Origin: Rhodosorus marinus CCMP1338
Lineage: Eukaryota > Plantae > Rhodophyta
Assembly: GCA_029953675.1 (NCBI GenBank)
Contig: JAMWBK010000006.1
Span: 496,001-560,000 of the forward strand
Length of the DNA: 64,000 nucleotides
Reading direction: 5' to 3'
The position numbers and the translations under genes were made by a program. Positions 34,145-45,759 of the stretch are shown here, piece by piece. The number at the start of each line of letters is the position of its first letter. Positions within the stretch are counted from its first letter, which is position 1. The notes under the pieces were generated by a model. That model had not been told where the DNA came from. It saw nothing but the letters and a program-made list of their open reading frames with translations, and searched no databases.

Positions 34145-36041
34145 CTATGCGCCCACTGGCTGGCCAAATAGAGTTGTGGTGGTAGCTCGATCGACCTGAA
34201 CATTTACAAACTGTCCGGGTCGAATCTCCGGATCGCTAGGATCTGAATGAAAGAATGCCCTGGTGTTGAACTCACTGCGTCCAGTGAGAGAACCGTCCTT
34301 CAAATCTGACTTGCCTTCCACCAAGACTCTCTGGACCGTCCCAACTGCAGAAAACGAAGACGCTTAGTAACCAACAGATGATTCAACAACCTAAACTTAC
34401 GGAATCGCGTAGTAGGACAGATATCCGGATCTCATACCTCTCTTCGAGTTCCGAGAAAAGGCTGTGTCCTTCCAAGCCTCCCCGATCTCCTGCAATCTTC
34501 TGATTTTCGTTTCATGGGGTACATCATCCTCTAAATGTCGTGCAGCAAAAGTCTTTTCACGCTGTGAATACGCAAATACGAAAGCACTCTCAAACTCAAC
34601 CTGCTTGACCAAGCGCATCGTGTCTTCGTGGTCTGATTCTGATTCACCACAAAATCCGGTGATTATATCCGTGGACAGTGCAAGGTCAGGCAACGCGGAT
34701 CTCATTTGCATGACAAGTTCAAGGAACGCCTTGCGGGTATATCCTCTTCTCATCCTTTCCAAAATTTCGTCCGATCCGCCTAAGTTCAACGGTATAGCGC
34801 TCTGGTTAGGAGATGGAATTCCGTGGAATAGTTCTGATGGTACGTTCTCAAGAACTTACTCTGAAGCGGTAGGTGTATGTGACGCGGGAGGTTCCTATGA
34901 GTTTTGTACAACTCAATCAAATCTTGAGGAAAGTCCTTTGGGTGTGGGGACGTATAGCGGACCCTCAAATCTTTGCTGATTCGGCATACAGCGTCAACAA
35001 GATCGGAGAATGTTCTCCCGGACTTGGGTGGCCGGTAGACAGTCTTGAACCCGGGCGCATAGGTCATACTCATGTTCGATTGACCTGAAGATATGTCGTT
35101 GTAAGAGTTCACATTCTGGCCGAGTAGCACGACTTCCTATAACATCCAGCAACCATGATTCTTCAGGAAAAAAGGTCGCAAGCCCTTGTTGGCAATATTA
35201 TGGGCTACTCATTTTCCGTCTTCGGCCTCACCTTATACCCTGCTTCAACTAGTCCGGTGATCTCATCGACGATGGATTCCAATGGTCTCGATCTCTCGCG
35301 CCCGCGAGTAAACGGTACAATACAATAAGTGCACATGTTTGCACAACCTCTCATGATTGAGACAAAAGCGGATACACCGTTACCAGAGGTTCGGACGGGC
35401 CTGAGATCGGCATACGTTTCGTCCAAAGACAGCTGTACATTGTAAGCCTTTGCCCCAGAATCCCCGTCCCTAACAATAGACAACAGGCGAGGGAGATCTC
35501 GATAGGCATCCGGTCCGACCACCACATCAGCAAGCAGCATCTCTTCCAGGAGCTTGGTTTTCAGACGTTCCGCCATGCATCCCAACACGCAGACAATCGG
35601 TCTGCGATCTTTCCTAAGCCTTAGCTTCTGCTTCCGAAAGCTGGACAATTTGCTTAACACCTTTCGCTCGGCTTTGTCCCTGATTGAGCATGTGTTTACC
35701 ATGAGAATGTTCGCGGTGTCTCTATCTTGAACTTCACTAAACCCTCGATCATTCAAAATCGACCTCACAAGCTCAGAATCCGCAACGTTCATCTGACATC
35801 CGTACGTCTCAATGTGGTAGGTCGCGCCACGACCCAGATCACGCTCACCAGGATTAACCTCGGCGACAGGACCTCTTACCCCTACTCCTCTTCCAACGGG
35901 GAAGAAGTCCTTCATCTCAAGCCCATCATTCGGTATTCTACGCTCAGAACTCGTCGCCATCCATCTTTGCCAAACGCGGGCAGCACCTGAACATCTCGTT
36001 GATTCAGGCAGAATCGCTCTAAAACCCTTAGAAAAAGCCAT
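34145..36041 (-). CDS. CDK5RAP1: tRNA 2-methylthio-i6A methylthiotransferase MiaB/CDK5RAP1, likely mitochondrial, 4 exons
   Basis: YHIETYGCQMNVADSE, NTCSIRDKAE, VLGCMAERLK, the radical-SAM motif GCANMCTYCIVPFTRGRERSR, LLGQNVNSY, RYTSPHPKDF and STDIITGFCGE. The last exon encodes a TRAM domain (VLVEGKS...GQFVNVQVDRATTTTLFG), stop at 34145-34147. Confidence 0.95.
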
Positions 36042-36654
36042 CTATTCCACAATTGACCTCAAAACCAACTCACAGGAAGACATCAATCATACAAGCTTCA
36101 AGCATGTGCTGTTCTTCTTCAATGTCAAAACGTCAACCCCTATCAGAATTTGCCTAAGCCTGAGGAGCGATCAACGCAATCTCCGTTTTCATTCGAACAG
36201 ACTGCTAGCCATCATGGAAACCTAGCGACGTTGACAAGCACTTTCCGTCCCTCTTCCATGTCAAAAACCAGTGAAACGATGAAACAAAGCTATACCTCTA
36301 TTCGCCTTCCACTGGAATAGCTTCTCAATCAAGTCACCGTTGATCCCAATTTTTGCTGTCGTTCTCTAGGGATGACTACCCGATGAGAGTGAACCCATCG
36401 GTTCTTGCTTGGACAGTCATAGGAGTAAATCATCCCGCCGAGTTTGGCTGTGCAACGAGCTGGGCTCTATTTGACTAGTTCTGGAAGCAGTCGACAATGA
36501 GTAAACTACGTGGCAAGTATGAGAACATTGCTCTTATCCAATGCTCTTCGCCGTTGACTTGACTGGGAACTTATCAACCAGATTCATTTTCTTAGTTTTG
36601 CGATGTACAGTTGCGCCTAGTCCTGTGGCTTAACCAAGGACCCACGCACGATTT

Positions 36655-38096
36655 CTAAATTATTTTTGTGCTCACGGGAGCCGCTCTCGGTTTGATTCTA
36701 AAGCATTCGATACCCAAATGGGAGCAGATCTCTCCTGTCATTCCCATGATTCTCCTGCAGTTAACAAGGAGCTCAACGCCGAGAAGCAACCATAGCAGAA
36801 CATACTGATCAAGCAGGCCGTCCCTGGAGCCCACAAACGTACCCGCAACAGCATTTGCAGCTCCGATAGCCATCACTAATTGAACACCCATCACGGTCGG
36901 AAAATTGGTGTTCGTAAGGTGAGCGACTATGAGCCTCGAAATGAGGTAGAAAAAGTTGATGCCAGCACACCAGAGGAACAAATGGGGATGTTTCTCAAAC
37001 GCTGTCGAGGTTTGCTGCCAGGTGACCATGCAAACACTGAACACCAGAAAAGGGATGGACGCCCTAAGGGAGTCCAGGATATCCCCTCTCCTGTTGTCAG
37101 TGATGGCCTTCCTCCATATCTAAATGAAAAACCAAGTCATGTCAGCAGCCTCTCTGACTCAACACAGAGGAAAGCCGTTGATCTGCGTTAACGGTGCGAT
37201 AGACTTACAGCAATATAGTTAGCGAGAACAGTTGGTACAGACATCGGAAGCAAAACCCAGAAGAAGAGCTCGCCGCGGCGGATCTGCCATGTGCCTATGC
37301 TCAACGGGGCTTCCCAGATCGACGGTCCGAACAAGAAGGAAGCCAAGTACATTGCCTCGATTAGGAGGATTCCCTCACTCGGTCCATTGATATACCCAAG
37401 ATTAAGAGCGCCGTTGAAGAACTCTTCCAGAGTTGCTCCAAAGAACTGAATCATCGCAACCAGCCACACCAACCCCAGCGAATAAAAGCTTGTGCTTCCA
37501 AGTTTCAACGCGGCAGCACAGTTGAGTCCGGACAGAAACACGTTCAAAGTATCGCAGCCGTGATCGAATAGATGCCCTAGTGGGCTTGATGAGCCAGTTC
37601 TCCGGGCTTGTCGCCCATCGAGATTGTCGAGAACTCTATAACTTGCCAGCCCGATCCACAAGAGCAAGTACACCTGTTGGAATAGAGCGCTGCGGTGAGC
37701 TGTGTGCTAAGAGACGTACCGGACATGTCAAGCACGTCTATAGCTTACCCATCTCGGTGCCTCCTCTTGCAAAGTCGGTACATAAACTGCAGTGAGCAGG
37801 TTGCCGATTAGAACAGAAACCAACCCCATCAAAGTGATAGTATTTGGAGCCACCCAGATCGGAACCAGCGGGAGGATCATATCATAAGTCGGGGAAAGGA
37901 CGTACTTGTACGTCAAGGAGTTGTCTGTTCCATGGTTTCGGTAGTTGCACAGCTCCTCGATTTCCAAATCTGAAAAATACTTCTTCCCCAAAAACGACGG
38001 CTTCTTCTCTAAAGAATCGGGGCTGGTTCCATCGGAAAACACAGGTAGAGCCCCAACATCCGGATTACTCCCATTCCTCTGCATCACAACATCCAT
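36655..38096 (-). CDS. Choline/ethanolamine (aminoalcohol) phosphotransferase, CDP-alcohol phosphatidyltransferase family, 3 exons
   Basis: YRNHGTDNSLTYKYVLSP...WVAPNTITLMG and the signature LDNLDGRQARRTGSSSPLGHLFDHGCD, several TM helices and C-terminal ICSHLGIECFRIK. Introns lie near 37742-37674 and 37210-37125. Confidence 0.92.
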
Positions 38097-38894
38097 CCTA
38101 AACGCTCACTCCCAAAAGCGTCAATAAACCTTGGAAGACGCCCAAAAAAACACAATCCTCCCTCACCCCCGCAGGAAAAGTAAAACCTCTAGATCCCCAC
38201 CGCCACCTCAAAAAACACTATCCATAAATAAAATAAAAACACTACACCAAAACACCAAACCAAAACACCAAAAAAAAATTTGTCCTAACCTATCCAAGGT
38301 GGCTTCCTTTATCCCTTCTCCTCCATCCTCCCCCGGCCACGGACTTCCTAAAGTAAAAACGAAACAACAACAACAACAACAACAATACCAACCGAAATCA
38401 CCAGACCCCACCCCTTCCCCTCTCCCTTTTGCCCTGTTAACCCTTTCAGTTAAGAAAATACTATCGATCCTCCCGATCCATACACCCTCACCTTCCTCAC
38501 GGCCTCCTTCGTCATTCTCGATAGTCGACAGGGTCCGTCCCACAAAGTGAGGGTTGCTAACCTACGCTAGGCTGATTGACTTCTCACAACCCTCAGACAA
38601 AAAAAAAGAAAAAAGCACACCGCAATCAATTATTTGACGATCTATCCAATAAATAATAGCTTAAGGAGGATATTATATTTATTGATTGAGTTATCAATCT
38701 ATTAGAAATGTTTTCGTGACTGTTTAAGTGTCATTGGATATTCAGTCTGTTTTGACTTGATTAACCAATTGTTAGAAGTTATTATGTTTATTGATTGCGT
38801 TTTGTATCAATATGTAGGTGACACTGTTTTGGGGGTGGGTTTTGAGCGGGAATGATGAACGGACTGAGTGGGGTCGGGTTTGGGTGCGGGGTTG

Positions 38895-38916
38895 GAGAGA
38901 GAGAGAGAGAGAGAGA
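38895..38916. repeat. (GA)n microsatellite
   Basis: About 11 GA units within a G-rich tract. Confidence 0.85.
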
Positions 38917-41205
38917 TGGCTTGGAGGAGAAGGTATGTACCAGATTCTTCTGGGGTTTAAGAGCGCCGTGAAACTGTTTTGTTCGGAGGTCTTGATGAGG
39001 TGCTGGCGGGGACTTGATTCTGTGAGATGTTAGATGTTCTGTCGGTTGAGAGGCGTTTGTGCTTGAGATCGTTGCGAAAAGGTACTGAGTAGGACAGAGA
39101 AGCGTCGTTCTGAGCGGTTCTGTTGTAGAGCGTTCGCTGTCCATGCTCGGGGTTTTCCTCGCCGTGTTTCGTTCATCCGCAACGCGTTATCCACTGTGGT
39201 TCTGTTCATACGAACTGAACTGCCGTGTGTCAAAGCGTAGGAACTGCGGCCGATTATCTCACCCTGTTTGAGGGTTCCGTACATGTCCATTGGTCCGTCC
39301 GGAAACCACGACGGGCATCTTCTACGAACCTTTCGTCATCCGTTCGCGTTGCTCTTCCTGCTTCTGCCTATGCAAACTTGCTCTAGCGGCTGCCAACGAA
39401 TGCAAGAGGCCTTTGGCACTATCGTGCTTCCTCAAGCCATGCAAATCCACAACGAGAAAAGTCCTGAACACCATCCAGTGCCCGGCTGCGCATCAAAGAC
39501 AAGAAAACTGACTCTCTTTCCGCTCAACCCCATTAGAATTTTCTTTGATTTACCTATCACTTTTCCAGTCAAAAACAAGAATCATTTAGGCTCCCCCCGT
39601 CTCCACAATAGCGTTCCTCCCCTCACAAGGTCCTTTTTTCAACGAGAAACCTTGTCCAATACCCCTACAACAAATAAGACAAACAGAGAACCAGAAAACG
39701 ACTCTTACAGTTCTTCAAGTACGCAGAAACGAATGGCAATATCTCAGATATAGAACTATTAGTCCAACAATAAGGAACTCAAACAATCGACATGTTTATG
39801 CAATGAATATTCAAGGGACAAAAGTTCTAAATCATATTTACCCCAGCAAACCCTCGGCCGGCCCCTCTCCAAACCGACTCCCCAACCCCCCCCCCCTCGC
39901 CCAACCCCCGGGGTGGTATTGTCTCTCCCCTTAGTGAGCACCTGATCTCTTTTTTTGGGACCGATCTCCTTCGAGAATAGCATTGATTTTTTGACACGTT
40001 CCACAAAACGTTCCCCACCTCTAAACCCAAGCCAATAGTGTATGTTTTCTAAAAGAGTCCTGCGAGTGAAACAAACCAAGCCGAAGTATTTAGTACCCCC
40101 CCTTTACTACCAACGGAATATTTCCTACGAATAATATAATATATTATGTAAAGGTAGATATGTTCCCGACTACCAAAGGGTGAGAAATACTCTAGGAAAT
40201 TTCTTCAAGCGGGGTGTACAACCTCCTCCCCCCCCCCCCCTCGCCTTCCTTGCTCCCGGGATCGGTCACTCAATGCCCTCTTTTTAAAATGCGATATATT
40301 TAGGGGGAAAAAAAAACAACAACAAGGCGACTGCAATCCTTCCAAAAATAAAAACATTTTTACTAACTCAACCAATCAGCACCGACAAAGTACTTTCTTT
40401 TCTTCTTACAAAATAAGTCTGGCTTTACATATTTATAAACAGCTTATATTTTTAGAAAGTAAATATATATAGCAATATATATTCAATATTAGGAAACAAT
40501 GTCTTCATATATTAGGTTAAAAGTCCGAAATTCGATCCAAAATAGTGCTATGTTCAAGATATAGAAATATTAGGACGTATATAATTTAAAATGAGTATAT
40601 TATGGAATAGATTGATTAACATGTTTAGATTTGAGATTAAATTATTTTAATCTCCCGTTTTTTGGATTTCGATTTTGTTGTGGGGTTTTTGGTACTTGGT
40701 CGTGAAATGGGGAAGTAAACGAGGGTGGGGAGGTTGTTGATGACGAGCAGGAGTTCCACTGGCTTTGGGCGGGTTGGGGATATGGAGATGGTCAAATTTG
40801 TGGGTTCTGAGGGGGAATCGGCTGTTCGGTTTCAGGATTGGATATGTATAGTATAATTACGTAGTTCTTCTGTTCTGGTTTATGCGGGATTGGAAGACGA
40901 GAAGGAAGTTTTTTTGTGCGGTTTTTTGGGGGAACGGTGTGTTCGGTTTTAATTGTCACTGGTTCAGCTCCGTGCGTCGGTTTTTTTTTGGGTTGCGTCC
41001 CAAGGCGTTTATTTTGGTGCTATTTTTGCTGAGAGTTAACTGGGAACGACGCTTGACTGAAGCGGGATTACGTTGTGAGGAGAGAGGGTTGTTGTAGTGC
41101 TCCGACAGTGACTAGTTGGCTGGCTCAGCCCGGGCTGTGGATAGGTGGGAAGGGTTTCTGCAAACTGCTGCGTGGCATTTTTATAGGAGGGTCTAGAAAA
41201 GATAA

Positions 41206-43202
41206 ATGAAAGAAGGGTGTGGATTTGTTGGGAGTGGTGTAGCAGGGTTGGCGAATGGTGCGATGGTTTCACACTCTTTTTGCCGTAATATACTCTGTTT
41301 GTTTCGTGATGCGAATGCCACGCTTTTGATCCTCTGTACTGATTGCGTTTGTATTCTCCAATTCTTGCGCCCAGGGTCGAGGAGAAAAGGTGTCTCTTCC
41401 TATCGTCGATTGAGACGGTCTAGTTTCGTGTCCTCGTGGGGAACGGAGTCTAGTGAAGAGAGTCCGGTGAATCGCTGCAGAAGCAGAACAACTCCTACTG
41501 CAGTTTTCCTGTGGCTCCGCTCTCCAGACGAGAACGGTGACCACGACGACCGAGATGACAGTCAGAACGATGCCGATGATTTTGGCAGACCGAGAGATGA
41601 AGAAGATATGGATCTGAATTCGTATGGAAAAGGCGCTTCTGACCAGGGTCAATTACCAATTTCCGGGTAAGATCTACGAGTTGCTGTGTTTGAAACATGG
41701 GAGTTAGATGCTTGAAATTGGTGTCTTTCCTGACTGTTGTGAACTTCACGGTTACTTATACAGACGATATAACAGTTTCGGATTCCCACGGAAGTCAGCG
41801 ACAACTTTTTCAAAATCGCTGTCGATCTACAATGAATTGAAGGATGCTTCTCCGGTAAGCCAACTTGTCCCTCATTTACGATTGTCAGTGAAAGAACTCG
41901 ACAGTGTTACGGGGCTGCATACTTTTAGGAGCTTAATCGTTGTGGCCAAACTAGAGTGGTTTGACGGGACTAATTGAACTTATTGTTCCGTAAGTATAGG
42001 AAAATATTGAGTCGCTAAGAATGAGCGTCTCGTCAGAGGCTTTTCTGGTGTTCCAGCGCACTGCCCAAGGCATGGTTGGTTCTCTCCCCGCGAAAACGTT
42101 TGAGATAAGAGTCGGAACGGATGTGTCTGGAATGGAGCAGCTCCTGTATTCTTCCATGGTTACTGGGTACGTTGTAAGAAATGCTGAGTTCCGCATGAAA
42201 ATGAACGAGAAGGTTAGAGAAGGCGCCGCGCAGGTGTTCACCTCCGTAAACCCAGATGGTAAGTGCGGTGCCTCCAACTCCATTCTTCTCCGGGCCGAAT
42301 ACGTACTGGATACCCTGGCTCGCTTTGCGGTGTAGAGTCTGACTGTGGGCGTTAATGTCATATGACTACTGCAACAGCAGGGGATAGCAAGGAAGATGAT
42401 GACCTTGGAAGCGTTGACTATATGCGAGGTGTTCCTGACAAGCACAAGCTTATTCGCGAGGTAAAGAGAAACTGCTCCGCGCTTCTGCTCAACACCTATA
42501 GCAATAGACAAACGTGCCTTTTTCTTTTTGCTGAATCGGGTCGTGAATTTTCCTACAGGAACTGAATGGCAGAGTGTCCTGGTTTGATGAAAGGCAGAAT
42601 AAGCGAATCGATATTGACGGAGAAGAGTACATTGACAGGCTCGAGAAGAAGCTTAGCCAAATGCAAGAGAAAATCAGGCCACAAGTATCCGGAGACGTGA
42701 CAAACAAGTAAGCGCGTGCTCTGATCTCCGAGCGTTACTGTTTCGATCAAGTAGATGGCTCTGCTCTAACACGTAATGCGCTTTTACCTGGCTCCTCTTA
42801 TTTTCGGTTAGGTTGCTTTTATATTTGACTCGATTGCCGCACCGAACCGTTTCGTCTTTTGGTGCTGAGATCAGTGAACCTGCCACAGTTGCAATGTGTA
42901 GAATATTAAGCGATAGATTGGGGCTGCTGAACCCGAGCAAGATGAAGATGGGATTCAGCGTGTCTAGAGAGCACGTTTCGCAGTATATTTGCTGGTGCCT
43001 CTTGGTAAGTGTGAAATCACTATGGACAATGGAGTATTGAGCTGGTCTGAATGCTCACGGGTGCCCATTGGATGTACAGGTTGGCTATAGCATACGAAAT
43101 TTGGAGATGCGGGAGGATATTTCTGAGTTGACAAGTTCGTACAGAAGAGGAATGCATATGCGCCAGAATACATCTCCACCAGAGAAAGAAGACGACAAAT
43201 AG
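41206..43202 (+). CDS. Plastid-targeted DUF760 protein (two DUF760 units), multi-exon
   Basis: Transit-like MKEGCGFVGSG. First unit: QRTAQGMVGSLP..FEIRVGT...MEQLLYSSMVTGYVVRNAEFRM. Linker IDGEEYIDRLEKKL. Second unit: NKLLLYLTRL...SREHVSQYICWCLL/VGYSIRNLEMR. GT-AG introns connect the exons in frame; stop at 43200-43202. Confidence 0.82.
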
Positions 43203-44207
43203 GCATTTTTGTTTTCCCACGGGCCTTTGAAGCAATGGATGCTTGGCTGGGGTTGGCTTTACTACAATATTGCTAGATTGCCGGCTGGCAGTCTTTGATG
43301 CCGAGCTAAGACTCGCTCCACATTCGAGCCAAAGCCTAGGGAAGCTTGTTTAGATGACAACTGTATGCTAATATGATGAACAACGCAACGTAAAGACTGA
43401 AGACTGAAATCTTTCTAATACTTTCTTTGGCCGATAGTATTTTGAGAGTCCCCACGCTGAGTTCACTATAGCGCGATTGATCCCCCATAGCCATTATCCC
43501 ACAGCAGATCTGCTGAGCTCCTACCATCAACAAACTCGATCCAAGAAGCCCCAAACAGCTCCAGGAGAAGTGGGGGGGATACGCGTGAAGTATCCATAGC
43601 CTATGTTCCCAGTCAACAGCTTCCTCTGGGCGCTCAAACCCCCCAAAACAACGCTCGCCCCCACCGCCCAAAGTCAACCAAACTCAAATTCTAATTTTAA
43701 GAAGTAATTTATCCGCTTCGTACTTAATTGACTAACAGAAAAACAAATCAATAAAAAAACGAATAATACTGACTGAAATTTCCTAGTAATGACTAGAGCT
43801 CAGTCAAATTTGATTCGATGGGGATGTAGGAGAAAACGTGGTGATGGTGAAGGATGACGAGAATGAGAATGACTAGCGTGAGTGCGTAGGTGGGGTACAA
43901 AGTATTTGAAAAGGTAACCCCAGACTACTTTGTGAGAATAACACTGGATATCTGAGAGTCAGAGAGTCTGCTGGTTGAAGTAGATTGGTGTGGGGTGGAT
44001 GAATGTATGGTTTTCACTTGTTTGTTGTAGGGGCTTGTGGAGTTCTCGAGATGGTTGAGGCGAACTGGTCAGTGGCTTGCGGGGAAGGGTTTAGGAGTTT
44101 CTGATTTGTGTGCTTTGGTAGTTAATTACTATATTTCGGGGGAGGGTTGGGCGGGTCTGAGCGTTTGGTGTGTGATGTTATGGTACAGCGAGAAGGTGAA
44201 AGAGGCG

Positions 44208-44888
44208 ATGAGCCTCGAAGAAAATGCGAAGGTGGAGGAGAATGTGAGTAGTGGAAAGAATTGGACTTTGTGGTATGACAATGCCGCTGGGTTAAAAGAC
44301 ACAGGATCTGGGTTCAGTGCAAGAGGCCGTTCGAGGAGCGGGATGGGCAAGGTCGACCTGCATAATTGGGAATCATTTCTCCACAATCTGTCGGAGATTG
44401 ATAGCATAGACACGTTTTGGGCTCTCTTTAACTGCATCCTCGAGCCTTCGAAGCTACCGCGAGGAAGTAATTATCACTTCTTTCGGACGGGAGTGGAACC
44501 AAAGTGGGAGGATAAGTTCAATGAAGCAGGTGGGAAGTGGGTTCTGACAATTCCGAAAGGGAGAAAGGATTTGTTGGATATTTTTTGGCTGCATCTCGTA
44601 CTGGCTGTGGTTGGAGAAGTGTTCCCTCCAACCGCGGCGAACGATATTGCCGGGATCGTAACAAGCGTCAGGAAAAACCAAGACAGAATTGCGCTTTGGA
44701 CATGCAGCGCTTTAAATGTGGAGCTTCAAGAGCTTATTGGAAAGAGTTGGTCAGCTCTGGCGTGCCCTGGAGGTCTTCCAGTTGGGTTCACTCTGGAATA
44801 CCAGGTTCACAAAGATGCGATGGCGAAAACTTCGAGTTTCTATAACAAAGTCCGTTACTCAGTGCGTGGTGATTCTCCTCCTATCTAA
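44208..44888 (+). CDS. eIF4E: Translation initiation factor eIF4E (class I-like); start tentative
   Basis: Conserved Trp pattern: WTLWYD, NWE, FWALFN, PSKL..GSNYHFFRTGVEPKWED...GGKW, IFWLHLVLAVVGE, SVRKNQDRIALWT. Confidence 0.93.
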   Translation: MSLEENAKVEENVSSGKNWTLWYDNAAGLKDTGSGFSARGRSRSGMGKVDLHNWESFLHNLSEIDSIDTFWALFNCILEPSKLPRGSNYHFFRTGVEPKWEDKFNEAGGKWVLTIPKGRKDLLDIFWLHLVLAVVGEVFPPTAANDIAGIVTSVRKNQDRIALWTCSALNVELQELIGKSWSALACPGGLPVGFTLEYQVHKDAMAKTSSFYNKVRYSVRGDSPPI

Positions 44889-45759
44889 CCGGAAGGCAAG
44901 CAGAGATTGCCACTTACGAAGCTTTCTCCTCAGAGCGCGCCTTGGAGAACATTGGAATACACTACCGCTATCTCAAAAGACTAGCGATGATTCCAACAAC
45001 ACGCAAATAAGAAACAAGCTGATTATATATACTAAAGAGAGCATATCTTCAAAACAAATGCACCGGGCTGTCATTTCCAAGATCAGATCAGCAGCTTAAG
45101 AACCGAAAACAAGGAAGGTTAAGAGCCACTACAAGCGATGACAAAACCTGATCATCCAGCTAAATGCTTCTGTGCAGAGCTGATCCCGATCAGTCAGCCA
45201 CGACATGCCCCCGCGACAAAAGCAAGCGGACACTCAACAGACTCAAATATATCCCTTCGTCCAAAAAAAGGCCCCAGAAAATAAAAAGCGTTCTAGGAGG
45301 GAAACTCAAGGTGAGCCAAAATTTCGACACCTAAATCCTTTATTAAACTTCAACTTTTCTCATGGTACCCCAAAATGAACAGATTTCGCAAATACGAGAT
45401 CCAGATCTGAACAATTATTGGGTGCGTCAATTCTAGATGTGGCTAAGCTTTGTACAATAGAAGTTTCGTACTAATATTGTGCAAGTTCGTGTGGAGAAGG
45501 GTTTTTGAAATTGTTTGCTTGGGATGAGGAAGAAGACGGGCGGAAGTTTCTGCCTGTCTTCGTCATTCTTTCCCCTTTCTTTTTGGTTTTTGGGCGTTTT
45601 TTTGAGTCTCTGGACAGTTTCACGGATACGGAAATGTTTTTCTTTTTGGAGGCTTTTTTTTTGTTTCGTTTGAGTAAAGGGTGAATACTAGATTCCAAAC
45701 GAAAAGGGGGTTGGTCTCTGTGGTTTCGTTTTAGGGCGGGAACGGTTGTGGGGGGAGTT

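Noticed and set aside
38131-38550. 139-aa ORF with poly-Q/P
   Set aside because: It lies in the skewed 5' tract of the phosphotransferase gene; the poly-Q comes from a (CAA)n microsatellite.
43336-43677. 113-aa minus-strand ORF with hydrophobic segments
   Set aside because: Non-ATG start, alternative splicings give unrelated short peptides, and no motif; a small gene cannot be excluded.
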